A DNA stretch of 61,801 nt, filler included, from Choristocarpus tenellus KU-1152 (Eukaryota > Protista > Phaeophyceae): NCBI GenBank assembly GCA_964200185.2. It is 7 parts of 7 records of this genome, joined end to end, with 100 filler letters (N's around TTAATTAATTAA, not from the genome) between each part and the next. Parts side by side here need not be neighbours in the genome. Positions count along the whole stretch, not along the records: positions 1 to 10,961 come from CAXNAD020002602.1; 6 more parts are not named here. The stretch is one strand, 5' to 3'. Below, piece by piece: positions 1 to 11,061 of the stretch. The position numbers and the translations under genes are program-made. The notes below the pieces were generated by a model, which did no database searches, was not told the DNA's origin, and saw only the letters and a program-made list of their open reading frames with translations. The first letter of the stretch is position 1. Each line of letters starts with the position of its first letter.

Positions 1-152
1 ACTATCAATTATCCCATTATCCAACAATACTTCAACAACTCAATGTTTCTCCCACAGAATCATATTTTACATATGAATAAAAATAATATTCTTAGCATGG
101 GGCGTGTGTCAGTTGCGCACCACAATATATATATATATAAAGGATCATCCCA

Positions 153-1141
153 TCATCTGTTATGATTAAATTGCTCCTGGACATACAGCGGATGTGCTCG
201 CCAGGAGGCGAAGTTGTGTGTGTCATGCCGTTGATGGTTGATGAGAATGAGCTTCCATCTCTGGACGGTGCCTTGTGGAGAGCACGGAAGGGCGTGACTG
301 TCGGATACAGGAGACGATCCTCCAGCGTCATTGGCAGGCGCTGCGGAAGGGCTCGTCTGTCGCCACATGTCTCGTATGAATTCCGTGCATTTCTTCGCTG
401 ATGACCTTAGCGTTTCGACCTTGATGTCGTATTTTCTTGCTGTGACGTATAGAAGAGGTTGAAACGTCGATGACACCCCCTCATCTAGTTTTTCAACATC
501 AGGAGTGATGCCGACAAGGATGGAGTTGTATACCGGGCAGGTATGCTCAGTGCTAACATCTTTCTTTAGATACTCTAGGAATGTCTTGACCTGGAGATCG
601 GGCATGGACTCGCGATTTTCCCAAGCCAGCACGACTCGCAGCACTCCTGCCAATAGTGCTAACCTGTTTTCTCATCCAATAACCAAGAGGCAAGATCGTT
701 CCAAGTGCGGCCGCTTCCTTCCATCTCTTCTAGGCCATCGTGTTTGGCAAAAATGGAGATGAAGAGGCCCATGATTTGGCCGGTTTCGATTTCTTCCACG
801 ATCGAGCGGCACTGGTCATAGGCAGTCTCTTGATTCCCTGTTTCCAGAGTGGGATTTAGATGAGGTTACGAAATGAGTTGGTGGCCTGGGGATACTTTAA
901 CATTGGACACTTCATTGTTGTCTTCCATACCGATCCACACTCTCGACCCGTCGATGAAAACCTGAAACGATCTTCCGCCGGGTTTGAGGTACAGAGCGTC
1001 AAGAGCATCGGAAAGATCCTCACAAATATATGGGGACACCTTGTGGGATGTACCTCTACGAGAAAAATGGACACCCGTGATACTACAGTACACAGTACAG
1101 ACAGTACAGTACGACAGATACGTGGGCAAAATTAAAAACAA
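153..1141 (-). pseudogene. Decayed, apparently intronless ORF of unknown family (~300 codons)
   Basis: ORF 866-1141 reads through one in-frame TAA (...PGHQLIS*PHLNPTLETGNQETAYDQCRSIVEEIETGQIMGLFISIFAKHDGLEEMEGSGRTWNDLASWLLDE). One frameshift near 665 then joins it to ORF 153-653 (NRLALLAGVLRVVLAWENRES...). Protein-like composition; no family recognised. Confidence 0.4.
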
Positions 1142-1946
1142 TTCAAAATCATGATCCTCATCAGCAGACAGTTCAGAAAGACAATTTAATCACGGTCACA
1201 ATCAACCTTCTTTCTGACTTTCAATCCATGCGCTGATGCACCTCGGCATGTTTTGCACCCCTCGTAGACTTGGCGTCAGGCCTTGGGGTCAGGCTTCAGC
1301 GTCGGTGCTTTCTCCATGATGGTTGTTGGCCAATGCGAAACTAGAGGACACGAAAGACCAGCTACTCGAGGAATCCTTGTACCAGTCGGACAATGAAAGC
1401 TCGGGTGATGAGGATGACAGTGGGCTTATGGGAGGGGGCAGCGCATCTGGGACCGTGAAGAAAGGAGCAGCCTCTTCAGTATTCTCAATTCTTCCAGCGC
1501 CATACTCTCAAGTAGCTGACAAGCTTGCAAGCTTATAAACAACCGACGAAGAGTGCAGCATGAACGATGTTTCGTACTAATATATGTCCAGAAAGCAAAG
1601 CTGACTTGGCTCAGCGCAATTGGGGCAAGGGCAATCAAACAAGCGGACATGACCGATTTTTTTGGCAGTCGCGATTTTTTTATTTAGCAAATAAGCTATT
1701 TTACTCGGTGGGTGCAATGGAGGGTCTAAGGCGGTGCACAGCCGCATTTGATCCATGGTAGCATTATTTTATACACTCTGTACAATATCCTTGTAGGGTG
1801 CAATTGAAGACCTAGGGCAGGGCATCAGAAGGAGAATGGCTTTGAACGTTGATTTGATACGTCTGTACAGCCATCCAATGGCTTGCGGATGCTTTTCTTG
1901 GGAAGATGTACTATACATATTAGTGAGTATATCGTAATAAGTATAA

Positions 1947-2193
1947 GAGTGAAAGTATCTTAGAAGGTAGAACCCCGTCCGTTTGGGGGTCAAAATCTAA
2001 TGTTGCGATTTGGATGTGATTTTGGCTATCGTGTTTGTTAGGTAGTGTCAATATCCTTGTTCAGGGCACACCTTTTCATAACGTGTACATTTTACCTACT
2101 CCGAAATGAAAATGTCATAAAAAAAAACGTGGGAAGCCAAGTCCTAAATGACAAACAGGGCAAAACTCGTACCCTCTAAGATACTTTCACTTG
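1947..2193. mobile_element. MITE family A, copy 1 (~250 bp; TIR GAGTSAAAGTATCTTAGAGGGTA)
   Basis: Terminal inverted repeats; TAA on both flanks; the pogo copy at ~9200 lacks the insert (empty site). Confidence 0.85.
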
Positions 2194-2543
2194 TAAGATA
2201 CGAAAGTTACAGTACTATGTACATATAACACTGGTTTATACTGTGCAGAGGTGGTGTAGATGTGGTGCTTGCTGCACCACCACAGCTTCATCGAAATGGG
2301 CTTACTGAGGGCAATGTTCAATACATATCTACATGTAGCTACTCTTGAAGGCACATGGGAGACACAAATAGCAAGGGCGTCGCTCTGTCATCGTTCAGGT
2401 ACAAATATAAAGTGCTTACGAGCACTGTTGCTCGATAAAACATAGGTTTCTCTTATCAAGATCCCTCGATTTAAGAGAAAAGCGATCTTATACACAATGA
2501 AAGAGGATCAGATTTAAGAGAAGGGTTTTTTGGTTTGTCCCTA

Positions 2544-2909
2544 TGCAAAAGAGAGCTATTCTAATAGAGTCTTTGCATTATGTGGTATGGATGTATTTAT
2601 TAGCGGAGTGAGCACTACCCTCGAGGTGGGGGGGGTGCTCTCCCTTGTTATCTAATGCGTATGTCAGCAAACACGTCAGAAATATGCTTGTGACAGTTAC
2701 ACTACGTCAGCCAAAAACTATATGTCAGGTACACTACGTCAGCCACTTATATTAAACAAATAAGAAATCAATCCATTCAAACTCGAATCTGTTACTCTAA
2801 GCATATGGAAAGACGTCCTTGACACTTACTTCACTCAGTCAATAGTTCTGTCGTACAGCAGTTGTTACCAAACACATAAAATCCTATAGACTACCTAGCC
2901 TATATTGCA
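2544..2909 (-). repeat. 3' LTR of the Copia element
   Basis: Direct repeat of 5844-6172; carries an extra internal duplication of TACACTACGTCAGCCA; abuts the PPT at 2910-2918. Confidence 0.9.
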
Positions 2910-2949
2910 CACTCCCCCATGAGCGTGCAGCCAAGTTGCTGACTAAAGC

Positions 2950-3450
2950 TCACTCTCGACGTGAAAGCACGGAATGCACAAAATCAGGAATAAAAATCTT
3001 GCGTGAAGACTTGGTTAACACCTCTGCCAATTGCTTGAGTGTTGGAATATATTCAATGTGAAATATTCCTTGATCTACATACTCTCTTGTACACTTTATC
3101 TTCATGTCCACGCACTTTGTTCTACCATTGAATCCTGTGATACTGCCTACCTGAATAGCACCACGGTTGTCACAGAACCAGGGAGTCTGGTCCTGTAGTA
3201 TTCCTATCCCTCCCAGAATGCCTCTAATGAAAATGAAGTGGCGCATGCCATACGCCATCGCTGTCCACTCTGCCTCCGAGCTGGAGGGGGTGACTGCGCC
3301 TTGAAGCTTGGAGCGCCAGGCAATCGGCGACCCGTTGGATAATAATATGTATTCTGTAACACTTCTGCGTGTTTGTGAGTCAGTGCCCCAGTCAGAGTAC
3401 CCATACCCCACCAGTAGTTCTTCATCCCTCTCGTTCATATATTTGTCCCC
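2950..3450 (-). pseudogene. Copia RNase H domain remnant
   Basis: GYSDWGTDSQTRRSVT...IAWRSKLQ...SSSEAEW...FCDNRGAI...RTKCVD...IEYIPTLKQLAEVLTK: canonical Ty1/Copia RNase H motifs. Confidence 0.9.
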
Positions 3451-3479
3451 TCGATGATGGTGAATGCAGACATCCAATA

Positions 3480-4200
3480 TCCCTGCTACGTAGCGCTGAA
3501 CGTGTTGCAGTCCGTGCCAGTGTCACAAGCATGGAGATGCCGCCCTGCGTCCCAGTTCATGAACGCTGTTAGCCAGGTCCAGTCGAGTCATGCTTGCGAG
3601 AAACATGAGTTGGCCTAGGATACTGACATAAGGGTATATGGTAGGATTAGCTCCTCTTCGTGGTCTTGTCTGGCAGAGAGGTCCATCCCAGGGTCCAGTG
3701 GTGTAGATGTCTCTCGTACTTCTATGGAGCCCATCCCGGCCATGACTATGCTTTTAGCATATATTTGTTGGTCCAGGGTAATGCCATCCTCACCCACAGT
3801 GATGCCCACCCCAATCAGCTTGTCTGGCGTTCCTAGGTCCCGCCCATCGCACTTCTCCAGCAGGGATGCCCTTATCCTTTGGATCTCCTCTGTGAAGTCC
3901 CCAGGGGTGAAAGTGTCGTCCACATAGGTTGTGAGAATGGCGATTAGTCCGTCTTCGCTCTTCTTGAAGTAGAGGCACTCGTCGTGTTGACTGCTTGTCC
4001 ATCCTTCTGCGAGAATGGTGTTACGTAGCTCATGTTACCATTCCATGGCTGATAGATTGCCCATAGATTGCCTTTTCTGCCTTGAAGCAGGGTCTTGTCA
4101 CTAAATGTCCCCTTCTGCCATAACCCTGACATTTCCTTCTCCATTGCCTCTTGACTCTTGCCACTGCTCTGCATCTGGCCCACTCAAAGCCGCCTTGTAT
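3480..4200 (-). pseudogene. Copia reverse transcriptase remnant (frameshifted, internally deleted)
   Basis: EAMEKEMSGLWQKGTF, KAIYG, TTYVDDTF (~3911-3935), DLGTPDKLIGVGI, LDQQIY, STPLDPG. Confidence 0.88.
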
Positions 4201-4431
4201 CTTGAGCCCTATGCCCAATGGTTTGGCTCTCACTCCCAGTTTCACTCCCTGTTGTGGAATCCTCTTCTTCGTCTTTCATGTCGGCATTGAGCTAAGACTT
4301 CCCCAGGCTTGAAGCCTATCATGATTGAATGTCTTGTACATCCTCTGGTTGAGTGAAGTCCTGTGCCACCAACCTTCCTCCCCAGGGTGCCTCTGATATG
4401 GAAGATGGTTCTTGATGGTCTGGAGTAGATA

Positions 4432-5804
4432 TTATTTACTTCCCCCAGACTTACAAGTCTTGTGCAGGCAGCCCTTTGCTGACAAGCCTCCTCTGTTTTT
4501 TTTCTTTTCTGGCTCCAACCCTGGTCCAGCTAGTTCCTCCGCCTGTTTAGACGGTGTCGCTCTCCTCTGGCGACAAACGATCTGAAGGTGGTTTACTTTA
4601 CCTCCACAGTTGTAGCATATTCCTTCGAAAGAACCAAGGACCAATATGCTTGATCAGTCCACAGTTTAAACTTCTTCTGTTGGTCCTGATCTCGTCTCTG
4701 GTAGGGGAACCTGTTGTGATATGGCCCGTACGTTGACCAGTTGTATCTTATCGGCCTCCTCCGCTGACCTTCTGTTTTCTCTTCCATGAGTATATGGTCC
4801 CAGCGGCTAAAGTGCTCCCAGGCTACCCGAGGTTAGCTCCTCCTTTCCTTTCTGGTCGAGGCTTAGTTAACTGCTCCTGCTAATGTCCTGCTCCCCTAGT
4901 GGCAGGTACAGCAATTGCTTTTCTCATTCCGTAAGCAAGAATCTTGGGGTCTCCAATTGATGGTCATGCCCTCCTTTAGGGACAAGTGTTGTGACGACTG
5001 CTCCTCCTCCTAGACTCCAGTTCTTGCTCGTTATTGATTGTACCATATCCCATGACTATGATGATACTATTGCCCGTTTCAGCTTCCTGTAGCTTATATC
5101 GGGCCTTGTGATGAACTGTACGGGGATCTCGTCCTCCGTGCGTCCTTTGTTGCGCTGCACCGGGGTCTAATCCTCCACACGTCTTCCCGTGAGCTTCCCG
5201 GGGATCTCGTTCTCCGTGCATCCTTTGTTTAGCTGCGTGTGGACTTTGCCCTCCATACGGACACATCTGCGCAAATACCTGCCGCATGCTGTCTCTGATG
5301 ACTAAGATCAGAGCTCCTTTCTTGGCATGATCTTGGCTGCCTCCAGCTGCTCGTACTATTGTCCAGATATGATCGTGGCGAATTATGAAGTCTGCAGCGT
5401 CTTCCACTGACGACAGTACATGTCGCGCAATTTCATCTCTAGAGCTATGAGCTGCATGGACCGCTGAACCGCAGCGCGCCCCCCATAGATCTGCTCTCAT
5501 TCGAGCCTGGCTGCCCTCCCGTCGGGGCTGTCATTATTCTCGTAGGGTGCTGACCACTATCGCTGCAGCTCCCATCGTGACCTGGCCCAGAAGGAACCTC
5601 AAGGCCCTCGCGATGCTTGACATACTCCTCGTACGCGCTGCATTCCCTAAACGATGTATCAGTCGTGGGAGGTGCAGGAATGCGGTATTCTGGTTGGAAG
5701 ATGCGATACAGTCCCTTGCCACCCGCATAGCTCACCAGCGCCATCCACCATTTTGCCCACTTCTCCCGTGTATGCCCCCGCACTCCACTCCATAGTGGCA
5801 GCAT
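4432..5804 (-). pseudogene. Copia gag remnant with CCHC-type zinc knuckle
   Basis: Broken ORFs 5445-5804, 4976-5500 and 4432-4644 immediately downstream of the 5' LTR/PBS; CYNC-x5-H-x4-C knuckle. Confidence 0.7.
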
Positions 5805-5829
5805 ACGGGGATCCGCTTACATACCAATG

Positions 5830-5843
5830 AGGCTCATAATCTA
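5830..5843 (-). promoter_or_regulatory. Primer-binding site complementary to the tRNA-iMet anticodon arm (half-tRNA type)
   Basis: Plus strand GGCTCATAATC directly adjacent to the 5' LTR matches the GGGCUCAUAACCC anticodon stem-loop of initiator tRNA-Met with one mismatch. Confidence 0.65.
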
Positions 5844-6172
5844 TGCAAAGGAGAGCTATTCTAATAGAGTCTTTGCATTATGTGGTATGGATGTATTTAT
5901 TAGCAGAGTGAGCACTACCCTCGTGGTGGGGGGGGGGTGCTCTCCCTTGTTATCTAATGCGTACGTTAGCAAACACGTCAGAAATATGCTTGTGACAGTT
6001 ACACTACGTCAGCCACTCATATTAAACAAAATAAGAAATTAATCCTTTCAGACTCGAATCTATTACTCTAAGCATACGGAAAGAAGTCATTGACACTTAC
6101 TTCAATACTTCTGTTGTATAGTACTGGTTACTAAACACATAAACCCCTATAGACTACCTAGCCTATATTGCA
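5844..6172 (-). repeat. 5' LTR of the Copia element
   Basis: Direct repeat of 2544-2909; its outer 16 nt (CCTAGCCTATATTGCA) are tandemly duplicated at 6173-6188. Confidence 0.9.
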
Positions 6173-8475
6173 CCTAGCCTATATTGCAGAGTCCCTACCC
6201 TCTCTTATATAGGTACATTGACTGTATACATTTAATATAATTGGAAAAATAATGTCTACAATGCTAATTTCCTACTACCACTTACCTCTGTAATTATTTA
6301 CGAACATTCGGTACTTCTTTTTTGTAGATAGTATAAATATTGTCTTTGTGAGGGACACTTCTCCTTTTGCTTTGGTCACAAATTCTGGATTATTATTTTT
6401 CTATGTTTGCATTCCACCCATTCTGTTACCTCCCCTTGTAACACCACTTGTGACCAACTATTGCGAACCCCCTTCGCCACTGATTTCCAGTCAACAGCCA
6501 CCTCCGATATGATCAAACCCACATGTTTAGCCCTTCCGAGTCCTACTCATTGAGCATGCATATAGCACTATGTTGTATGCAGGACTAGGTCAAGGCCCGG
6601 ACTGGATATGTTCTTTAACGGGTTTTTTCTGGTCCTGCTCTAACCGCATTTTTATCCCAGACTGGTCCGCAACCTCGTACCATTAACAATCCCCATGGCT
6701 TCATTCCACCTAATTAATCTAATCACACATTCACCAAGTGGTTGCGGTTTGGTCTGGCTTAAAGTCTGGATGCCCCAAATCCTTTCCCGTTAGGATTATT
6801 CCATCTGGATCGGTCCCTGAACGGGTCTCTTCATATACTGCCAGTCCGGTGTAAACCCCTCCGTTACACCTTTTTGATCTACGTAGGAAAACTATTACTA
6901 CGAAACTACTATGGATCGTATGATTCTGTGGTGCAGTGGTTCACTCAGACAAGGGTGGCGAAGAGAGTCACTGGCCGGACCAAGACGAACCGTAACCGAA
7001 AGGATGAGGTTAAGGTTGGACAAGTGCAAAGACCGGAGAGAACTCCAGAGAATTCCAGGGCGATGAGAATCTCATGAGAGAGGGATCATCCGACATTTCA
7101 AGGCGTGAGAACACAAAGGGTATCTTTGATGTTTGACAGCTCTGAATGAAACGAAGACCTTCATGTGTGGAACTGATCTCTTGAAGAGATTCTATGGATT
7201 CAATCTCCTGAAAGATCCTCCAGTGGAACCTGGTATTCCTTACGGGGAAACTCAGTCGGTATGGCAATATATGGCATAAGGCCGTACATAACCGTATGAT
7301 AAGGCACAATCATGCTTTCCACACTACGGATCGAATCTGCACCTTATACTACATGATTCTGTCCATTTTTATACCACAAGAAAAACCCACACAAGATACG
7401 AGGGAGGAGGGAGGTGGTAGGATGACGAAATCCAACGCACAAGAAGTAAAGAAGCATGAGTAGGCGAAGCAAGTACAATTTACTGGCTGAGGTGGAACAT
7501 TGGTGATTTGTTACGACCGCTTAGTACAGTATTACAACTATTTAGTACAATGCATGGCGCTTTTCCATTGCGTATCAAGATAGTCCCATGTATACTGAAT
7601 ACAATAGTGATAAGTGTCAGATGGCATAAAATTAAAATATAGTGATCACAACCACAACGGTAAGTTGTGAGGTCAGGGAAATAATCCGTCACCAATATTA
7701 CACTACCATTCCCAATCCTGGGCAGCTATCAGACCTGATATTTCCCACCATCCTTGCTTAGTTTTCATAGTTTGATATCCCTCAAATATATCTCAACAAC
7801 TAAATACCGATTTGTACCTACTACTCATTGGATAAAGCTGACCTGAAGTAATTTTCTTCAAAATGCTAAGCACACCTCATACCGCTTAAATCCTTGCACC
7901 CATGTTACTTGAGGAACATGATGGTATACCACGCCACACACGACTCTCACATACTCCATCCATCCATAAAACATATTTATGTAGGTGATAGATTGTGTAT
8001 GGTATCTACCACAACAAGAGTAGCAAAAATGGAAGGTTTTTATGAACGGTGTCTTTCGCATTGGTAGATCCATCTATAAAAGAAGAAGAAAACACAAGTA
8101 CGTAGACTACATGATAAGCGAGGACTTTGCATTTGTATGGGATCACAATGTTGCTGTTTCGATCTCGAACCTATTCCTGCACCCCACCAGGGTGAGGAGG
8201 CTTTCGATTGTCGGTCAAAGGTTCCATAAAAATCACATCACTTGAAATTAGGTGGGGTAACCCTCTTGTTCTCCTTATGAAATCAACATGTATGAAGTGA
8301 GAGGGTGCAGTGGCTGAAACTGAATAGTGGGCATTGTGATATGAGTTAGAGAGTGATAATATACCGTAACTAAGGTAAATCCTTCAATTCTATCACCAAA
8401 ATTGGGGAAAAGGTGAAGATATCAATAGAATAATTTGTATATATGTTGTAGGCATTGATATATTTGCATGTTAGA

Positions 8476-8519
8476 GCGCCAGTAGTTCAATGGTAGAATA
8501 CGTGATTGCCATTCACGTG
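8476..8519 (+). pseudogene. 5' half of tRNA-Gly(GCC); T-arm and 3' acceptor strand missing
   Basis: GCGCCAG TA GTTC-AATGGTA-GAAT A CGTGA-TTGCCAT-TCACG: 5' acceptor strand, D arm with A-box, perfect anticodon arm with GCC. No GTTCGA T-loop follows. Confidence 0.75.
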
Positions 8520-8590
8520 GACCATCAATAGCGATTCCACTGTAAAGTGTGTGAACGATATGAGGAAGGCGAGGGATAGAAAGAGGTAAC

Positions 8591-8922
8591 TCTTCATATT
8601 ATTACAATTGTGTCCTCTGACATTTTACAGATGTCTCAGGAGAAAAGGCAATGGAAACAATTCACATATCCCAACAAACCCTAAAAATGCAACAGTTATC
8701 GCAAATGTGAAAGACATTTTTCTATCATATCTCCTATATCCTGATCCTTAGGAGCAAGCAGAGAAAACCTCTCATATATTTATTATTGTGTCCTCTGACA
8801 TTTTACAGATGTGTCAGGGGAAAGAGCAATGACAACCATTCAAATGTCAGAACCCCTAAAAAAGTAACAGTTATCGTACATTTGAAAGACATTTTCTATC
8901 ATATCTCTTATATCCTGATCCT
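8591..8922 (-). repeat. Tandem duplication (~180-bp period) containing the 3' UTR/tail of the CRE-like element joined to pogo subterminal sequence
   Basis: 8591-8748 resembles 8770-8922 (ATTGTGTCCTCTGACATTTTACAGATGT...CTATCATATCTCYTATATCCTGATCCT); the reverse complement matches 22430-22570. Confidence 0.7.
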
Positions 8923-9795
8923 CTCTAGTTAGATATAAGAGCGCTTTTCTCTTAAATCGAATGATATTGTATCGAGTGCTCGTAGGCACTTAATACTTGT
9001 CCCTGAACGACAACAAAGTGATGCCCTGCTGTATGTGCTTCCCATGTGCCTTCAAGAGTAATTACGTGAAAATATTTATTGAAGATTGCCCTCAGCAAGC
9101 TCATTTCGATGAAGCTGTGGTGGTGCAGTAAGCACCACATCTACACCACCCCTGCACAGTATACCAGTGTCATATGTATACAGTACTGCAACTTTGGTAA
9201 ATTACCCTCATTTTGGTGTATCCGCAGATATGTATAGTACACCTTCCCAACAAAAGCATCCGCAAGCCGTTCATGGCTGGATAGGCAACTCATGGTAGGC
9301 AACTCACGGTTCAAATCAAATCACGTTCAAAGTCAATCTCTCTCCAATACCCTTCCCTACGTATTCAATTGCATTCTACAAGGATATTTATTATACACTA
9401 CAGTATCAACAACACCACCGCAGATCAAATGCAGCTGGGCGATCATGCACCTCCCCTCGCCTGCACTGAGTAAAACAACTTATTCGCTAATAGAAATCGC
9501 GAATGTCCGCTTGTTTGATTGGCCTTGCCCTGATTGCGATGAGCCAAGAAACATTGTTCATGCTACACTCTTCGGCGGTTGTTTCTAAGCTTGCAAAGCC
9601 GTCAGTTACTTGAGAGTAGTGAGGCGGTGGAGGAATCGATAATACTGAAGAGGCTACTCCTTTCCTCACTGGCCCCGATGCGCTGCCTCCTCCCATAAAC
9701 TCATCGTTATCCTTGTCACCCGAGCTTTCATTGTCCGACTAGTGTAAGGATTCCTCGAGCGGCTGGTCTTTCATGCCCTCTAGTATCGAATTGAC
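8900..9795 (-). mobile_element. Second, inverted copy of the pogo-like transposon 3' region
   Basis: Reverse complement aligns to 1329-2520 minus the MITE; encodes ...PPHYSQVTDGFASLETTAEECSMN...RPIKQADIRDFY*. Confidence 0.7.
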
Positions 9796-9919
9796 TGTTT
9801 GACTAGACTCCTCCAACTGTAACGGATATCACTAGTAGTATACATGCAGAGTCAGAATACAAGAATTATTAGTTGGTTAATCCATATTTGTTCTTGTATA
9901 CGAACGGATAGATAAGGAA

Positions 9920-10961
9920 TTGTTTCCATTAAGCTTGGTGATGTTGTGTGCTCGCTGCTCAATGAGTAAGGACATACGGAAGGGGATCCCCCATCCAGTA
10001 CGTCTTACGTCTTCACGGGCGGTGAGAAAACCGGGGCGGGTTTTTGTCGATCTGAGTGGAAGTATCTTAGAGGGTACGAGTTTTGCCATGTTTGTTCATT
10101 CGGGGCTTGGCTTTCCGTGGATTGTTTTATGACATTTTTCCACTCCAAAATGTTTCGGAGTAGGCCAAATGTATATGGTATGAAAAGGTGTGTCGGGAAC
10201 AGGGATGCTGACACTTTCTAACAAATACAGTAGTAAAAATTACATCAAAATCACAACATTGGATTGTGGCCCCCAAATGGACGCGGCCCTACCCTCTAAT
10301 ATACTTTGACTCTCCAGGCAGCAAGAGGGTTACCCTTTCAATCGGCTGTAAGCGTAACGCCATGACAATTCGGGACGACGATTCTCGTTTTGTTGGTTGT
10401 ATTTCCTTCGTGCTAAGTCAGATGCTGCTCAAGCCTTCAAGAAGTACCTGGGTGATATCCGGGCTGATGGTACTCCCTCTTGGGTCATGTATGTGCGATC
10501 TGATAATGGAGGGGAGTTTTATGAAGGAGCTTTCGGTTCTCTTTGCCGTGAACTCGGGATTAAACAGTAGTTCACACCTGGAGACAGCCCTCAATTTAAT
10601 GTGGTTGCTGAACGCATGCCAGGTATCATTGATGAAGCCTCGTTAGCTGCCTGCCTTCAAGCTCCACTACGTTTCCCCCCATGCCACTATCCCCAAGACA
10701 GACTCTCTCTGGGCTGAAGCTCAACACTGTGTCTGTGACTCGCAATCGCACATTGACCATGGCTAAACCTGGTTGTAAATCACCGTATGAAATGTGGTAT
10801 GGCCCCCCTGCACCCGTGATGACCTACTCATTTCTTCAACCTGGTTTTTGCTGTCTCAGTAAGACCTGTAAGACTTTCCCAAAGGCTTGAAGATGTTTTT
10901 GCCTGAGGCCAGCGATTCGTACCGATTTCTTACTCTGACCGGTGCCATTGTTACTAGCTCA
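9920..10961 (+). mobile_element. Copia integrase fragment (degenerate), split by a MITE and cut by the contig end
   Basis: CARC...PGRVFVDL | GSKRV...MTIRDDDSRF...VRSDNGGEFYEG...LCRELGIKQ*FTPGDSPQFNVVAER...LWAEA...KSPYEMWYG: D-D-E integrase core. Confidence 0.88.
10054..10312. mobile_element. MITE family A, copy 2
   Basis: Both TIRs present; inserted just after the first catalytic Asp (VDL) of the integrase; flanks TCT/TCC. Confidence 0.85.
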
Positions 10962-11061
10962 NNNNNNNNNNNNNNNNNNNNNNNNNNNNNNNNNNNNNNN
11001 NNNNNTTAATTAATTAANNNNNNNNNNNNNNNNNNNNNNNNNNNNNNNNNNNNNNNNNNNN
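10962..11061. other. Artificial contig linker (N44-TTAATTAATTAA-N44)
   Basis: Six-frame-stop spacer; identical linkers at 28417-28516, 31297-31396, 38872-38971, 41539-41638 and 52035-52134. Confidence 0.98.

Larger units (their letters stand above)
2544..6172 (-). mobile_element. Ty1/Copia LTR retrotransposon, internally deleted (non-autonomous)
   Basis: Two LTRs (2544-2909 and 5844-6172) with TGCA...TGCA ends; PPT (GGGGGAGTG on minus) next to the 3' LTR; PBS-like GATTATGAGCC; gag remnants, zinc knuckle CYNCGGKVNHLQIVC, RT YVDD and RNase H. Confidence 0.93.
1329..6224 (+). mobile_element. 3' portion of a pogo/Tigger-like (Tc1/mariner superfamily) DNA transposon, interrupted by a MITE and a Copia element
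   Basis: Degenerate acidic transposase C-terminus ending ...KAKLTWLSAIGARAIKQADMTDFF (PIP-box-like). Subterminal TAAGAGA/TCTCTTA motifs at ~2449-2522. Right TIR CTCTCTTATATAGGTACATTGACTG ends at 6224, followed by TA. Homologous inverted copy at 8900-9795. Confidence 0.65.

Noticed and set aside
7255-7325. Possible LTR start TGTGGAAAGCATG shared with 28356-28416
   Set aside because: Short homology is real, but the second copy runs into a gap, so boundaries and class cannot be defined.
1329-9795. One 8.5-kb element with 1-kb inverted terminal repeats
   Set aside because: Both arms are diverged transposase 3' ends pointing inward, and copy 1 has its own TIR at 6224; two independent insertions explain it better.
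11006-11017. TTAATTAATTAA as a biological motif
   Set aside because: Assembly linker centred in N runs, repeated six times.
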